Source: Pseudomonadota bacterium (GTDB lineage: Bacteria > Myxococcota > JACRCW01 > JAFGSX01). Taken from it: DNA of 64,000 bases. Every line of letters begins with the position of its first letter. Within the stretch, counting starts at the first letter, position 1. The translations under genes were made by a program, and so were the position numbers. The stretch covers positions 96,001-160,000 of the forward strand of contig JBDRCO010000076.1 of assembly GCA_043821645.1 (NCBI GenBank), in the 5' to 3' direction. Of this stretch, positions 11,915-22,428 are shown piece after piece. Below the pieces are notes generated by a model. That model was not told the DNA's origin, searched no databases, and saw only the letters and a list, made by a program, of their open reading frames with translations.

Positions 11915-13570
11915 CTAGAGCATCGACTCCCAGGTCGAGGATTCTGCAAAGATGTCCTCGGACGCAGAAACCGCTCGGCGCGTCCCCTCGAGCCCACGCA
12001 GGAAGTAGACGAAACTCAACTGCTGCCCGGCCTGGCCACGCTCGGCGGTGAACATCTTGGCGATCCCGTTGGGGTACACGACGTAGCGCCCGGCCGTGGC
12101 ATCTCCCACCGGGAAGCGGATGCCCTGCTTGCCCGGGCCGGGAGCGTAGGCCTTGGCCAGCAACTCGGTGCACACCAGGGTCGCGTCTGAACGCACGTCG
12201 AAGTCGAAATCGTACTCGGCCTTCCAGTAAGCCAGGGCGTCGAGCAGGGCGAGGGCCTTGTCGAGGCGGCTCAGGGAGTGCGGCCGGAGCACCGCGATGA
12301 AGTCCGCGGAGAAAGCATCCTCGGCGGTGTTGAAGAACACGCTGTTGGCCTTGACGCCGTCGCCTTCGAGCACCCTCATGGGCGCTCCCCTGGCGTCGGT
12401 GCGCTGCCAGTCGGCCAGGGCCTTGGGAAACCGCGCCTCGATCAGGGCAGCCAGGCTGTCGTGCCCCAGGCGACGGGCATGGGCGAGCACCTCAGGCGTG
12501 TTCAGGTAGCGCATGGCCTCGTCGAAGCTGCCGATGTACAGGCCGGTGTGACCCCAGAAGCCAGTGATGAAGAAGTTGCTGAGGTAGTAAGTGGTTTTCT
12601 CGAGAAAGATGTCACCGGGCTCGAGCCTGGGCAGCATATCGCGGATCTGTTGGGTGGTGATGAGCTGGCTATCCCAGTGCTTGACCTTGGTGGCACCCAT
12701 GAACACCGCGACAGGGCGCACCACTTCTCGCATCAGGTCGCGGCCGCTGCGTTCACGCCGAGGTGCGGAAGTGTCGCCGTCACCATCCTCCACGGCGCCA
12801 CTTAGGTACAGAAAGGCATAGAGCTCCCGCGAGTGCTCGGTCCAGAATTCCTCGACCCAGGTGTCCTCGCGTGCTGCCGAGAACTCGCGGGTGGGGTCCA
12901 GGGGTCGACGCACCTCGTACTTGGAATAGTGCAGCAGGTCCAGGCGGTCGGGGATATCGACCAGGCCTCGCCGAAAGAGCGTGTAGGTCCCACCCTCGAG
13001 GCCGCGGCCCGCAGGTGTCTCGTCAAATAGCAGCTGCAGGGTCTCGGCGTCGTCGGTGAAGCCGAGCCATCGCTCGCCATAGATGAGCTTGGCCACGCGC
13101 GCGGTCATGCTGATCAGGCGGCCGTCATAGTTGTCGATGTCCCGGTGTCCGCCGGCGCCTTCGATCTGGAGCTGGTAGACCCGGGCCAGCTCCGCCAGCT
13201 CAGAGTGGCCGAGGTAGAACTGCTGCCACAGCCCCCCCAGCAGCCTGCGCTCCTGCAGAGCGAGTACTGTTCGAGGTTGCTTGGCGCGTTCGAACAGCCC
13301 TCGGTGGCTGGCCGCGACTGCGAGCACATCTTCGAGAAAGCGGCACTGTCTCTTGAGCGCGCGCAGATCACGCCGCACAGCCTGAGCATAGGCCTCGCGT
13401 GCCGTTCGCTCCGCCCCGGTGAGGTTTGGCAAGCTGGTGGGGGTCGCGGCGTCGAGACCGACCTGGGCCGTGGAGGGGGCAGTGCCGGTTGGCGGCACCG
13501 TCGCGGCCGCAGGAACGAGCAGCGTCAGCAGGAGGGCACAGGTGAAGGCTGTCGCGGAGTGACCGTGCAT
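11915..13570 (-). CDS. Secreted YiiX/YebB-like permuted papain-like (NlpC/P60) hydrolase
   Basis: Signal peptide; PGDIFL, GFWGHTGLY (His), YDFDF...LVCTEL (Cys) in permuted order. Confidence 0.8.
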   Translation of the reverse strand: MHGHSATAFTCALLLTLLVPAAATVPPTGTAPSTAQVGLDAATPTSLPNLTGAERTAREAYAQAVRRDLRALKRQCRFLEDVLAVAASHRGLFERAKQPRTVLALQERRLLGGLWQQFYLGHSELAELARVYQLQIEGAGGHRDIDNYDGRLISMTARVAKLIYGERWLGFTDDAETLQLLFDETPAGRGLEGGTYTLFRRGLVDIPDRLDLLHYSKYEVRRPLDPTREFSAAREDTWVEEFWTEHSRELYAFLYLSGAVEDGDGDTSAPRRERSGRDLMREVVRPVAVFMGATKVKHWDSQLITTQQIRDMLPRLEPGDIFLEKTTYYLSNFFITGFWGHTGLYIGSFDEAMRYLNTPEVLAHARRLGHDSLAALIEARFPKALADWQRTDARGAPMRVLEGDGVKANSVFFNTAEDAFSADFIAVLRPHSLSRLDKALALLDALAYWKAEYDFDFDVRSDATLVCTELLAKAYAPGPGKQGIRFPVGDATAGRYVVYPNGIAKMFTAERGQAGQQLSFVYFLRGLEGTRRAVSASEDIFAESSTWESML

Positions 13571-13645
13571 GACGTCCTCCTCGCGGAGTGCGGGCGCCGA
13601 ATGTCACCAGCTCGCTCCGATTGCCAGCTCCCGATCTCTCTCGCG

Positions 13646-15919
13646 TCAGGCCTGCTTGTGCTCTTTCTTGTCCTGCGCCAGCACCGAGGTGATGGCGGTG
13701 AGCCGGTTGATCTCCTGCACGCCAGCGCCCCGCTGCATGATGTTGGCAGCGTAGTCGATGCCCAGGATCATGGGTCCCACCACCTCGGCTCCGCCCAGGT
13801 GCTGCAGCAACTTGTAGGCGATGTTGGCGCTGCCGAGGTCCGGGAAGATGAGGACGTTGGCGTTGTCCTTGAGCCCACTGAAGGGGAAATCCCTCTCTCG
13901 CAGTTCGGTGTTCACGGCGATGTCGGCCTGCATCTCGCCGTCGACCTCGAGCTCGGGGCGGCTCTTTTTGATCAGCTCGGTGGCGCGACGCATCTTGTCC
14001 ACCGAGAGGTGGCGCACGGCGCCAAAGGTCGAGAACGAGAGCATGGCCACGCGCGGCGTGATCTCGAACTGCTGCACGTAGTCCGCGGCCATGATCGCGA
14101 TCTCGGCGAGCTGTTCGGCATTGGGGTCGATGTTGATCGTGGTGTCGGCGAGGAACTTGACCGTGTTCTTGAACACCAGCATGTACATGCCCGCGGCGAG
14201 TCCAGGCTTGTCGCGCAGCAGCTGCAGCACCGGGCGCGCGCAGGTGGCATAGGACTCGGTCACGCCGGTGATCATGCCGCTGGCGTCGCCAGTGCGCAGC
14301 ATCATGCAGCCGAAGACATTGGGGTCGTGCACCATCTTCTCGGCGGTGCGGAAGGTGACGCCGCGTCGCTGCCTCAGCTTGAACAGCTCCTGGGCGTACA
14401 GCTTGCGACGATCCGTCGACGACGGGTGCATGAGGATGAGCTTGCTGATGTCCAGGTTGTGCTCGGTGGCCAGCGCCTGCATCTTGGGCACCGGGCCCAG
14501 CAGCACGGGATGGCAGATGCCGTCGTCGGCGAGATCGAGAGCGGCCTGCATCACGCGCAGGCTGTCACCCTCGGGGAACACGATCTTCTGCGGGTTCTGC
14601 TTGGCCTTCATGTAGGTCAGGTGCAGGCGTCCCTGGGCGCGGCTGAGCCGGCGTGTCAGCTCGGCGCGGTAGGCGTCGATGTCGGTCAGGGGCTTGCGTG
14701 CGACGCCGCAGTCCGTCGCCGCCTTGGCAACGGCGGGCGCCACGTGCAGCAGTACGCGCGTGTCGAAGGGCTTGGGGATGATGTACTCGCGGCCGAACTT
14801 GAACTCCTGGTTGCCATACGCCGCACTGACCGACTCGGGCACGTCGAGTCGCGCCAGCTCGGCCAGGGCGTGGGAGGCGGCGATCTTCATCTCCTCGGTG
14901 ATCTTGCGCGCTCGCACATCGAGGGCGCCGCGGAAGATGAAGGGGAAGCCCAGCACGTTGTTGACCTGGTTGGGGTAGTCGCTGCGGCCCGTGGCCATGA
15001 TGACGTCGTCGCGGGCGGCCTTGGCGTCGGGATAAGTGATCTCGGGATCGGGGTTGGCGAGGGCGAACACGATGGGGTCCTTGGCCATCGAGCGCACCAT
15101 GTCCTGGGTGACCAGGCCCGCCACCGAGCAGCCCAGGAACACGTCGGCGCCCTTCATGGCGTCCGCTAGGGAACGCCGCGGCGTGTCGACGGCGAAGGCC
15201 TCCTTGTACTTGTTCATCCCCGCGCTGCGGCCCTTGTAGACCACGCCCTTGGTGTCGACGAGGAGCACGTTCTCGCGCAGCACGCCCATGGTGATGTAGA
15301 GGTTGGCGCAGGCGATGGCCGAGGCGCCGGCGCCCGACACCACGACGGTGAGATCCTTGAGCTTCTTGCCGGCCAGCTCCGCGGCGTTGATCAGGGCCGC
15401 GGCACTGATGATGGCCGTGCCGTGCTGGTCATCATGGAACACCGGGATGTCCATGATCTCCTTGAGCTGGGTCTCGATCTCGAAGCACTCCGGCGCCTTG
15501 ATGTCTTCGAGGTTGATGCCGCCAAAGGTCGGCTCGAGCAGCTTGACCGTGCGCACGATCTCCGCGACGTCCTTGCTCGCGATCTCGATATCGAACACGT
15601 CGACGTCGGCAAAGCGCTTGAACAGGACTCCCTTGCCCTCCATCACCGGCTTGCCTGCCAGGGCACCGATGTCGCCCAGGCCCAGGACCGCCGTGCCATT
15701 GGAGACCACGGCCACCAGGTTGCCTCGCGCGGTGTACTTGAACGCGTCCTCGGGGTTCTTCTCGATCTCCAGGCAGGGTTCGGCGACGCCCGGGGAGTAG
15801 GCCAGGGAGAGGTCCCGGGAGGTGACGCAGGGCTTGGTCGAGATCACCTCGATTTTTCCCGGACGGCCGCTCGAATGGTACAGGAGAGCTTCTTGCTTCT
15901 TCTGGTTCGTGGTCATCAT
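13646..15919 (-). CDS. maeB: NADP-dependent malic enzyme with C-terminal PTA-like domain
   Basis: [51 protein letters not shown]. Confidence 0.96.
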   Translation of the reverse strand: MMTTNQKKQEALLYHSSGRPGKIEVISTKPCVTSRDLSLAYSPGVAEPCLEIEKNPEDAFKYTARGNLVAVVSNGTAVLGLGDIGALAGKPVMEGKGVLFKRFADVDVFDIEIASKDVAEIVRTVKLLEPTFGGINLEDIKAPECFEIETQLKEIMDIPVFHDDQHGTAIISAAALINAAELAGKKLKDLTVVVSGAGASAIACANLYITMGVLRENVLLVDTKGVVYKGRSAGMNKYKEAFAVDTPRRSLADAMKGADVFLGCSVAGLVTQDMVRSMAKDPIVFALANPDPEITYPDAKAARDDVIMATGRSDYPNQVNNVLGFPFIFRGALDVRARKITEEMKIAASHALAELARLDVPESVSAAYGNQEFKFGREYIIPKPFDTRVLLHVAPAVAKAATDCGVARKPLTDIDAYRAELTRRLSRAQGRLHLTYMKAKQNPQKIVFPEGDSLRVMQAALDLADDGICHPVLLGPVPKMQALATEHNLDISKLILMHPSSTDRRKLYAQELFKLRQRRGVTFRTAEKMVHDPNVFGCMMLRTGDASGMITGVTESYATCARPVLQLLRDKPGLAAGMYMLVFKNTVKFLADTTINIDPNAEQLAEIAIMAADYVQQFEITPRVAMLSFSTFGAVRHLSVDKMRRATELIKKSRPELEVDGEMQADIAVNTELRERDFPFSGLKDNANVLIFPDLGSANIAYKLLQHLGGAEVVGPMILGIDYAANIMQRGAGVQEINRLTAITSVLAQDKKEHKQA

Positions 15920-16122
15920 GCTCCTGCCCGCACCGGCGCCATCGGGTCTCCGGTGCATTGCCGCTGCCGCGCTGCGGCGTTATGGTTCGCGGGACACCAA
16001 GCCACTGACCGCCAGCAGGGTCAAGGGATACGCACACCCGCTGGTCGTTGTGTGACAGTGCCATGTCGCGACGTACGAGCCCCGGCATAGTGACCGCAGT
16101 TGGTGGGGCGAGGAGAGTCGAG

Positions 16123-18018
16123 ATGCCCGTGCACGCCACAGACTCCGTGCTGATCGTCGAGGAGGGAGAGGTCGGGCATCAGCTCGCCGACTACCTGCGT
16201 CCACGTGGATTTCAAGTGCGCCTGGCCGCGAGCGCGGTCGACGCCCTGGCCTGCCTGGCCGAGGAGCCCGTGGCAGTGCTTTTGAGTGACACCCTGCTCC
16301 CCGACATGAACGGCCGCGAGCTGGTCAAGCAGGCCCGAGCGCAGCAGGGGCCCACACTGGCCGCGGTGCTCATGAGCTCCGTGTTCACCTCGGTGCGAGA
16401 GCGGCTCGACGACACCGATGCCGACGTGGTGGCCTTCTTGCCCAAGCCCCTGCGTCTCGAGGACGTGGAGCGTACGCTGCGCAGGGTCCTGGATCGCGAG
16501 AACCGGGCCGGGCAGGACACTGCTGTGGCGCCGGCACCTCGCCAGGCGGGCCTCGAGCCACGTGCCGCGGCGCGCACCCTGCTCGAGCTCTTCACGACGA
16601 GGCGAAGCGGTGTGCTGCAGTTCAGGCACGAGAAGGACGAGATCGACGTCACCCTGCTCCGCGGGGTCCCGGTCAACGCGCGCTCGAACCTGCGCCAGCA
16701 CACCCTGGGCTCGTACATGCTGGCAGTGGGACGGCTGAGCGTGGAACAGGTGCGGGCGGTCGACGAGCTCATGCGCCAGCGCAAGCTTCGGTTCGGTGAG
16801 GCGCTGGCCGAGCTGGGATATGCCACGTCCTCCGAGACCGTGCAGTTCTTGCGCGGTGCGGTGCTGGCGAGGATTGCTCAAGCGGTCACCTGGAACCAGG
16901 GCGCGCTGAACTTCGTCGAGGATGAGCGCGGCGCCGAGAACGCAGCCCTGACCGAGATCGACCCCCGCGAGGCCATCCTCATTGGCTTCGCGCACCACAC
17001 CGACCTCGCCGAGGCCGTGGCTGCGCTGGGCACGCAGCGCGATCAATACGTGTGTCCGACCTCTCACCTTGAGCTGCTCCGTGACGTCGTCACGCGCGTG
17101 CTCGGCGATGCCTCCCTCACCACCCTGGTGGTGTCCACACCGCGCCTGGATGCCGTGCTGAACGCGATGCAAGCTCAGGGGGCGACCGCGGTTCGCCACC
17201 TGTACGCACTGTGGGCCTCGGACCTGATTGCCTTCCTGCCGCAGCCGCCGCGCGCCGAGGAGCCGGTCGTACCCTCCGACGCCGTGGTGCAGGCCAGTGC
17301 CCCCACGACCGGCGAGAGCTTCGAGAAGGCCGAGGACATCTTCAACGAGTACTTGCGTTGCCAGGGCGCCGGCCACTACGCCGTGCTCAACGTCGACCCG
17401 GCGGCAGGGCTCACGCTGATCGAGGAGGCCGCCCGGGCGCTGCGGGCGAAGCTGGAGATCTGGGCCCAGGTTCGATCGGTGACGCTGCGTGCGCGTACCG
17501 AGGAGATCCGGGGCTGGCTGGAAGACGCTCTGGCAGTGCTGGGCGATCCCGACCGGCGCGTGGCGTATGACAAGTCCCTCCTCCTGGTGCAGCAGGCCGC
17601 GCCTGCGGGGATACAGGACGCGGAGGCCGAGGCACACTTCCGCGCCGGGATGGAGGCCCTGGCCAGGGCGGACTTCAATAACGCGATCGAGGCGCTGCGC
17701 CGGGCACACGAGCGCTGTCCTGACGATCCCGACTACGCAGCATCGCTGGGCTGGGCCGAGTCCCGGCGAGCTCGTCGCGACGCGTCGGAGGGCTACGAGC
17801 GCCTGGTCACCGTCTGCGCGCAGAATCCCAACGCGGCCCAGGCCTACTACTATCTGGGTCTGCTCTCCGAGGAACGAGGCAACCGCGCCAACGCCGTCGA
17901 TGCCCTGTCTCGTGCGGTCGCGGTGGATCCCTACCATGCCGACGCTGCTGCCGCGCTGCAGCGCCTGGGTGGCCAGGCGACCGAGCTCTACCGGGAGCTG
18001 TTCGACGAGCCTGACTGA
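16123..18018 (+). CDS. Response regulator with DUF4388-like, degenerate DnaJ-like and TPR domains
   Basis: REC (LLSDTLLPDMNG...PKP), central myxobacterial-type domain, HYAVLNV..LGDPDRRVAYD J-like segment, C-terminal TPRs. Confidence 0.75.
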   Translation: MPVHATDSVLIVEEGEVGHQLADYLRPRGFQVRLAASAVDALACLAEEPVAVLLSDTLLPDMNGRELVKQARAQQGPTLAAVLMSSVFTSVRERLDDTDADVVAFLPKPLRLEDVERTLRRVLDRENRAGQDTAVAPAPRQAGLEPRAAARTLLELFTTRRSGVLQFRHEKDEIDVTLLRGVPVNARSNLRQHTLGSYMLAVGRLSVEQVRAVDELMRQRKLRFGEALAELGYATSSETVQFLRGAVLARIAQAVTWNQGALNFVEDERGAENAALTEIDPREAILIGFAHHTDLAEAVAALGTQRDQYVCPTSHLELLRDVVTRVLGDASLTTLVVSTPRLDAVLNAMQAQGATAVRHLYALWASDLIAFLPQPPRAEEPVVPSDAVVQASAPTTGESFEKAEDIFNEYLRCQGAGHYAVLNVDPAAGLTLIEEAARALRAKLEIWAQVRSVTLRARTEEIRGWLEDALAVLGDPDRRVAYDKSLLLVQQAAPAGIQDAEAEAHFRAGMEALARADFNNAIEALRRAHERCPDDPDYAASLGWAESRRARRDASEGYERLVTVCAQNPNAAQAYYYLGLLSEERGNRANAVDALSRAVAVDPYHADAAAALQRLGGQATELYRELFDEPD

Positions 18019-18045
18019 GTTCCAGGCCATCGCGCTGGAGGTCCC

Positions 18046-18360
18046 GTGGCCGTGCAAGTGTTCTTGTGTACCGCCCCGTCGTCCGAGGTTGGCTCCACGC
18101 TGGCGCGACAGCTGGTCGAGGAGAAGCTTGCCGCCTGCGTCAACGTGGTACCCGGGATCCGTTCGTTCTACTGGTGGGATGGCAAGGTGCAGGACGATGC
18201 CGAGGTGCTGCTCGTCATCAAGACCCGCCAACAACGCGCCACGGATCTGCTCGCTCGCATCGCGGCGCTGCATCCCTACACCGTGCCCGAAGGGATAGGC
18301 TGGACGGTGACCGACGGCCTCCAGCCCTATCTGGATTGGGTGGAACGCGAGGCGCCATAG
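18046..18360 (+). CDS. cutA: Divalent-cation tolerance protein CutA
   Basis: LVEEKLAACVN, SFYWWDG, LLVIKT, HPYTVPE; GGAGG SD. Confidence 0.93.
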   Translation: MAVQVFLCTAPSSEVGSTLARQLVEEKLAACVNVVPGIRSFYWWDGKVQDDAEVLLVIKTRQQRATDLLARIAALHPYTVPEGIGWTVTDGLQPYLDWVEREAP

Positions 18361-18402
18361 CGAGCCGGACAGAATCGCAGCGAGATCCGCCAACCTGGCG
18401 GC

Positions 18403-18418
18403 TGTGTTGATAATCACA
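18403..18418. promoter_or_regulatory. CRP/FNR-family-like binding site
   Basis: TGTGT-tgataa-TCACA, one mismatch to TGTGA-N6-TCACA, in an AT-richer intergenic gap. Confidence 0.4.
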
Positions 18419-18481
18419 TCTGACGGAACGCAGAACCCGACCCGGTGACCGCCTGGACGGCCCGGGTGAAGACGTGAGCAC

Positions 18482-19375
18482 ATGACCTCGACACCCCGCA
18501 TCCCTGCTTCGACCCAGTCGCTGTGGCGCGCCGCGCAGCAGCTGGAGTCCCAGGGGCGGCTCGATGGCCACGAGCTGGCCACCCTGCAAGGGCTCAAGAC
18601 CGGAGACCTCCAGGATGTCTCGAGCGAGGCCTCGCTGCGGGCCCTGGTTCACCGCCATCACGACGAGCTCGACCTCACGCAGCACCGGGACCTGGCCACG
18701 GTCCTGGGTCTGGTGCCCGGCGCCCACGAGGCGCCCGTGATCCCCTTGCAGGCTGGTTCGCGCACTGCAGGCCCCGCTGGCGGCACCACGGGGCCCTCCG
18801 GCACCATGACCGAGCGCAGCGTGCTCGAGGACCTGCTGCAGCGCCACGGGCCCAGCCTCGACGGACAGCTGCGCAACCTGGTGGTCGGCTTTTTGCGGAC
18901 CATGCCCGAGGAGGACCACACCCCGCGGCGTGGCCAGTTCGGCGCGCTGGCCCAGATCGTGGCCCTGCGCAGCGACCACAAGCCCTTTCCCAGAAGGCTG
19001 GATGCGGACCCTGAACATACACCGGTGTCGCGCCAGGACCTCGAGCACATGCTGGACGCCAACGCCGCCCGCGGGCAGCTCCTGGTGGCCATGGGCGCAG
19101 CCTCGGCCGAGGAACTCGCGCGGTTCAATGCCGGCGAGATGACCCTGAACGAGTTCTACCTGCTTGCAGCCCGCGGCCATTTTGGCGACGCCATCGACCA
19201 GCCCGTGCGCTACGAGGTCCTGCGAGAGCGCATGACCGCCGCGGGACTGGAGATTGATTTTCATCGGCTCCTCAGTGACCTGGATCCCGCCGCAGCCGAG
19301 AAGCTGCTCGACGGCAGCACGACCCCACGCGAGATCTTCTCGCAGCTGGCACACACGCGGGGTCGCGAGGATTGA
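18482..19375 (+). CDS. Hypothetical protein
   Basis: 297-aa ORF with typical high-GC3 codons filling the gap; no motif recognised. Confidence 0.65.
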   Translation: MTSTPRIPASTQSLWRAAQQLESQGRLDGHELATLQGLKTGDLQDVSSEASLRALVHRHHDELDLTQHRDLATVLGLVPGAHEAPVIPLQAGSRTAGPAGGTTGPSGTMTERSVLEDLLQRHGPSLDGQLRNLVVGFLRTMPEEDHTPRRGQFGALAQIVALRSDHKPFPRRLDADPEHTPVSRQDLEHMLDANAARGQLLVAMGAASAEELARFNAGEMTLNEFYLLAARGHFGDAIDQPVRYEVLRERMTAAGLEIDFHRLLSDLDPAAAEKLLDGSTTPREIFSQLAHTRGRED

Positions 19376-19503
19376 GGTGCTCGCCCGGCGCAGACCTCCT
19401 GCGTCCGGTTCCCCCACTTTGCACGAATGTCATGGGGTCTCCGTTGTAAGAGCGGGACGAGTGGGCTAATCCTTACGGGCTCACCCGCGACAAGGGGCTT
19501 CCC

Positions 19504-21930
19504 ATGGGCAACAGCACGACCGTTCCCGATGCAGGAGCCCTGGACCTGATTCCGCTGGAGCGCGTCATCACCTCCCTGGCAGAGCTCAAGGCCAGCGGTC
19601 GCGTGTGCGTGTATTCCGGCGACAGCCAGGGCTCCATCGCGTTCGACCAGGGCAGGGTTGCCGGCGCGGAGTTCCGCGACCAGCAGGGCGACGAGGCCCT
19701 GGTTCACCTCATCGCCTTGACCGTCGGCCGCTACGAGATCATTCCCCAGCCGGCGAGCTCCGAGCTCGGAGGGGCAGACTCGCGCCTGAACAGCATCATC
19801 GTCGAGGCACAGAAACGCCGCGCCCGCCTCGAGTCGTTGAGCCAGGCGGTGGGAGGACTGGAGCGGGTGCTGCATGTGGATGTGCAGCGCCTGCGGCAGC
19901 AGCTCGAGCAGATCCCTGACGAGGTGAACCCTGTGCTCAACCTCTGCGACGGCCGCCGGAGTGTCGCGGAGATCCTGCGCGCATCGAGTTTTGGGGACAT
20001 CACCACCCTGCGCATCCTCGAGCGCCTGACCCTGATGGCCGTGGTCACTGATGCTCAGGTCCCGGAACCCGCTGGCGAGGCCACCGGCCTTGACGACGCC
20101 CCTGCCGCCAGCGCGTCGGCGCCGGCTCCCGTCGAGATACCCAGAGAGCAGGTTGCGGATTCCACGGTGAGCCAGGACGCGCAGGAGCACGCCGCCTCGC
20201 CGGACGAAGCGGCGCAGGATGCCGCGACCGAGGTCCAGCCCGCGCAGGCCGTCGACGCCACCCCATCGTCTGACCTCGAAGCCAGATCCGATCTCGCCAG
20301 CGACTCGGCTCAGCCTGAGGTCTCCCTGCCGGTCTCGGAGCCGGAGACTTCGACCGAGCCGGGCTGGGCAGCGCCACCTGTGGCGAGCACAGCGATCGCT
20401 GACGGGCCGAGCTTGTCCCCGTCGCCAGATGCTGCGGCAGATACCGAGACCGTGAGCGAGATCGCGACCCAGATCGAGTCCCCGATCGAAACCAAGACCG
20501 AGACCGAGATCGAGACCAAGATCGCGACCGAGGCTGTGGAACCTGCTCCCGGGGCCGAGCCCGTTTCGATGGATCAGGCACCCTCCCTGCTGGTCGACGC
20601 TGCGCCCGCGACCCCGGCGGCACCTGTGCCCGTCGACGTGGGCGAGGTCGCCCCTCAGGTGGAGACGGCCGCCCCAGAACATGGTGCGCCGGAAGCTGCG
20701 CCTCCCGCGGAGACTGTGGACACGAGCGAGCTTCGCCTGTACCCGGCAGTCGTTGACGGCGGGAAACCACCTGCTGTGGCCATGTGGCAGACCGAAGTAC
20801 ATGGGGAAACGCCTGTGGTGGCTCGGTGGACGAATTTCCCGCCGGAACCACCGCCCCATAGCGCCTTCGAGGAGTATGGGCCGGCCCGCAGCAGTGCCAA
20901 CTCCCTGGCGGCCGCACTCGGGGGTGAAGCGAGCGGCAGCACCGATGAGGGTTTTGAAAACTGGCTCGACGCGGAAGAGGCGGGATTCTTCGAGCGCGCC
21001 GTGAGCGAGACCTTCGAGTACGAGACCGCGGCGTCTCGACCTCGGGGGCGCGATCTATTTCCCTTTGTCCTGGGCGTCACCTTCGTGGGGCTGGTCGTCA
21101 TTGGTGTGGGGCTCTACCTGTGGCGCAGCAGTCAGCCCCCACCGGCCGCAGGCAGCGTCTCCCTCGGCGAGGTCGTGGTCCAGGAAACGCAGCCCTTTCG
21201 CGCACCTGGCCGTCCCGTGATCATCCCCGCGGACGATGAGCTCAAGGTGCAGTCCCCCTACGAGGCCGTGGTCGAGAGTGCCCGCGGTGCAGAGCCGGCC
21301 AAGGTGGACACCGTCCTCCAGCCCGACACACCCGTGGTCACCGTGCTGCGGGACGTCGAGGGTCTGGTGCCCGAGGCGCGCGCGCCCGAGGAGTTGCCGA
21401 CGCCGCCGTCGGCCGAGACCCAGCCCCAGGAGGAAGCACCTCCGGTTCACGACGCCACGCCAGCAGCTGGCACTGGAGTGCCGGTTCCGACTCCGCCCGA
21501 TCCTCCCCTCAACCCACCGCCAGCAGCGGAGGCCAGCGCCGCGGCCGCCGTGGCTCCCGAGGACGGAGGCAAGACCTTCGCCCAGCTCTATGCCGAGGGC
21601 ACACGCCTGCTCAAGCGCGAACGTTACAAGCAAGCCCTGGCCAAGTTCGAGGCGGCCATGATCAAGGATCCGGGCGACGCCCGGGTCTACCTCTCCATCG
21701 GTCAGATCTACTTCGAGTTCGGCAACATCCACAGCGCCATCAAACACTATCGCAAGGCCGAGGCGCTGGCGCCGCGCAACCCTCGTGTGCACCTGCTGAT
21801 GGGCCTTGCCCTGCATGAGGCCGGCAAGCTTCAGGACGCGCGCACCCACTACCAGCGCTACCTCGAGCTAGATCCCGAGGGCACCGAGGCCCCGGCAGTA
21901 CGAGGCATCCTCGCCACCTTGCCGCGCTGA
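19504..21930 (+). CDS. DUF4388-like domain membrane protein with long acidic linker and C-terminal TPRs
   Basis: N-terminal GALDLIPL...G.IAFDQGRV..A motif, Pro/Ala/Glu linker, single TM, periplasmic TPRs (YQRYLELDP). Confidence 0.75.
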   Translation: MGNSTTVPDAGALDLIPLERVITSLAELKASGRVCVYSGDSQGSIAFDQGRVAGAEFRDQQGDEALVHLIALTVGRYEIIPQPASSELGGADSRLNSIIVEAQKRRARLESLSQAVGGLERVLHVDVQRLRQQLEQIPDEVNPVLNLCDGRRSVAEILRASSFGDITTLRILERLTLMAVVTDAQVPEPAGEATGLDDAPAASASAPAPVEIPREQVADSTVSQDAQEHAASPDEAAQDAATEVQPAQAVDATPSSDLEARSDLASDSAQPEVSLPVSEPETSTEPGWAAPPVASTAIADGPSLSPSPDAAADTETVSEIATQIESPIETKTETEIETKIATEAVEPAPGAEPVSMDQAPSLLVDAAPATPAAPVPVDVGEVAPQVETAAPEHGAPEAAPPAETVDTSELRLYPAVVDGGKPPAVAMWQTEVHGETPVVARWTNFPPEPPPHSAFEEYGPARSSANSLAAALGGEASGSTDEGFENWLDAEEAGFFERAVSETFEYETAASRPRGRDLFPFVLGVTFVGLVVIGVGLYLWRSSQPPPAAGSVSLGEVVVQETQPFRAPGRPVIIPADDELKVQSPYEAVVESARGAEPAKVDTVLQPDTPVVTVLRDVEGLVPEARAPEELPTPPSAETQPQEEAPPVHDATPAAGTGVPVPTPPDPPLNPPPAAEASAAAAVAPEDGGKTFAQLYAEGTRLLKRERYKQALAKFEAAMIKDPGDARVYLSIGQIYFEFGNIHSAIKHYRKAEALAPRNPRVHLLMGLALHEAGKLQDARTHYQRYLELDPEGTEAPAVRGILATLPR
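20446..20532 (+). repeat. Degenerate 12-bp in-frame tandem repeat (IETK/IATE-like)
   Basis: atcgcgacccag, atcgaaaccaag, accgagaccgag, atcgagaccaag, atcgcgaccgag. Confidence 0.55.
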
Positions 21931-21999
21931 GCGCGCTCCGCTCCACCTGTTCTCAGTCATCGCCCGGGACCTGGAATCCAAGCGCAGGGCTCCACCGGC

Positions 22000-22428
22000 T
22001 CAGGCACCCTCGACCCCGAGATGGTGACGAAGCGACGTCAGCGCCTCGGCGCGGTCGAGCCCCGCCGGGACACCCTCTTCGAAGGTCAGGCTGTCGACGG
22101 ACAATTCCGTGAAGTCGGCATGGTGTGGACCAGCAGCGAAGAAGCGCAGGGGCTTGCCGAGCTGTAGCGCGTACAGGATCTCTGCCCACACACCATCGGC
22201 AATGGGGCCATAGACCCACAACGCGTCGCAGCGCGCGAGTACGTTGTTGTTGCAGCAGCGCACGTCGTCCCGCGGCACCAGGTCGTGCAGGAAGTAGCCG
22301 AAGGCATTGAACGGGTTGAGGGGGACGGCCCCCTGTTCGATGGCGTGCTGGCACACCAGCATCCGGGCGTAGTACAGATGGCGGGACTGGGCAGTGAACA
22401 CCACCGGGCGTGATTCGAGCAGGTTCAT
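22000..22428 (-). CDS. Nucleoside 2-deoxyribosyltransferase-like (DUF4406-like) protein
   Basis: VPLNPF...NNNVLARCDALWVYG.IADGV.AEI.YA..LGKP pattern; ATGA overlap with upstream gene. Confidence 0.6.
   Translation of the reverse strand: MNLLESRPVVFTAQSRHLYYARMLVCQHAIEQGAVPLNPFNAFGYFLHDLVPRDDVRCCNNNVLARCDALWVYGPIADGVWAEILYALQLGKPLRFFAAGPHHADFTELSVDSLTFEEGVPAGLDRAEALTSLRHHLGVEGA

Noticed and set aside
16021-18597. Long alternative-frame ORFs (e.g. 16021-18597, 8072-10060, 13145-15169, 53136-55181, 54991-57255)
   Set aside because: They overlap well-supported genes or rnpB on the opposite strand; expected from stop-codon scarcity at high GC
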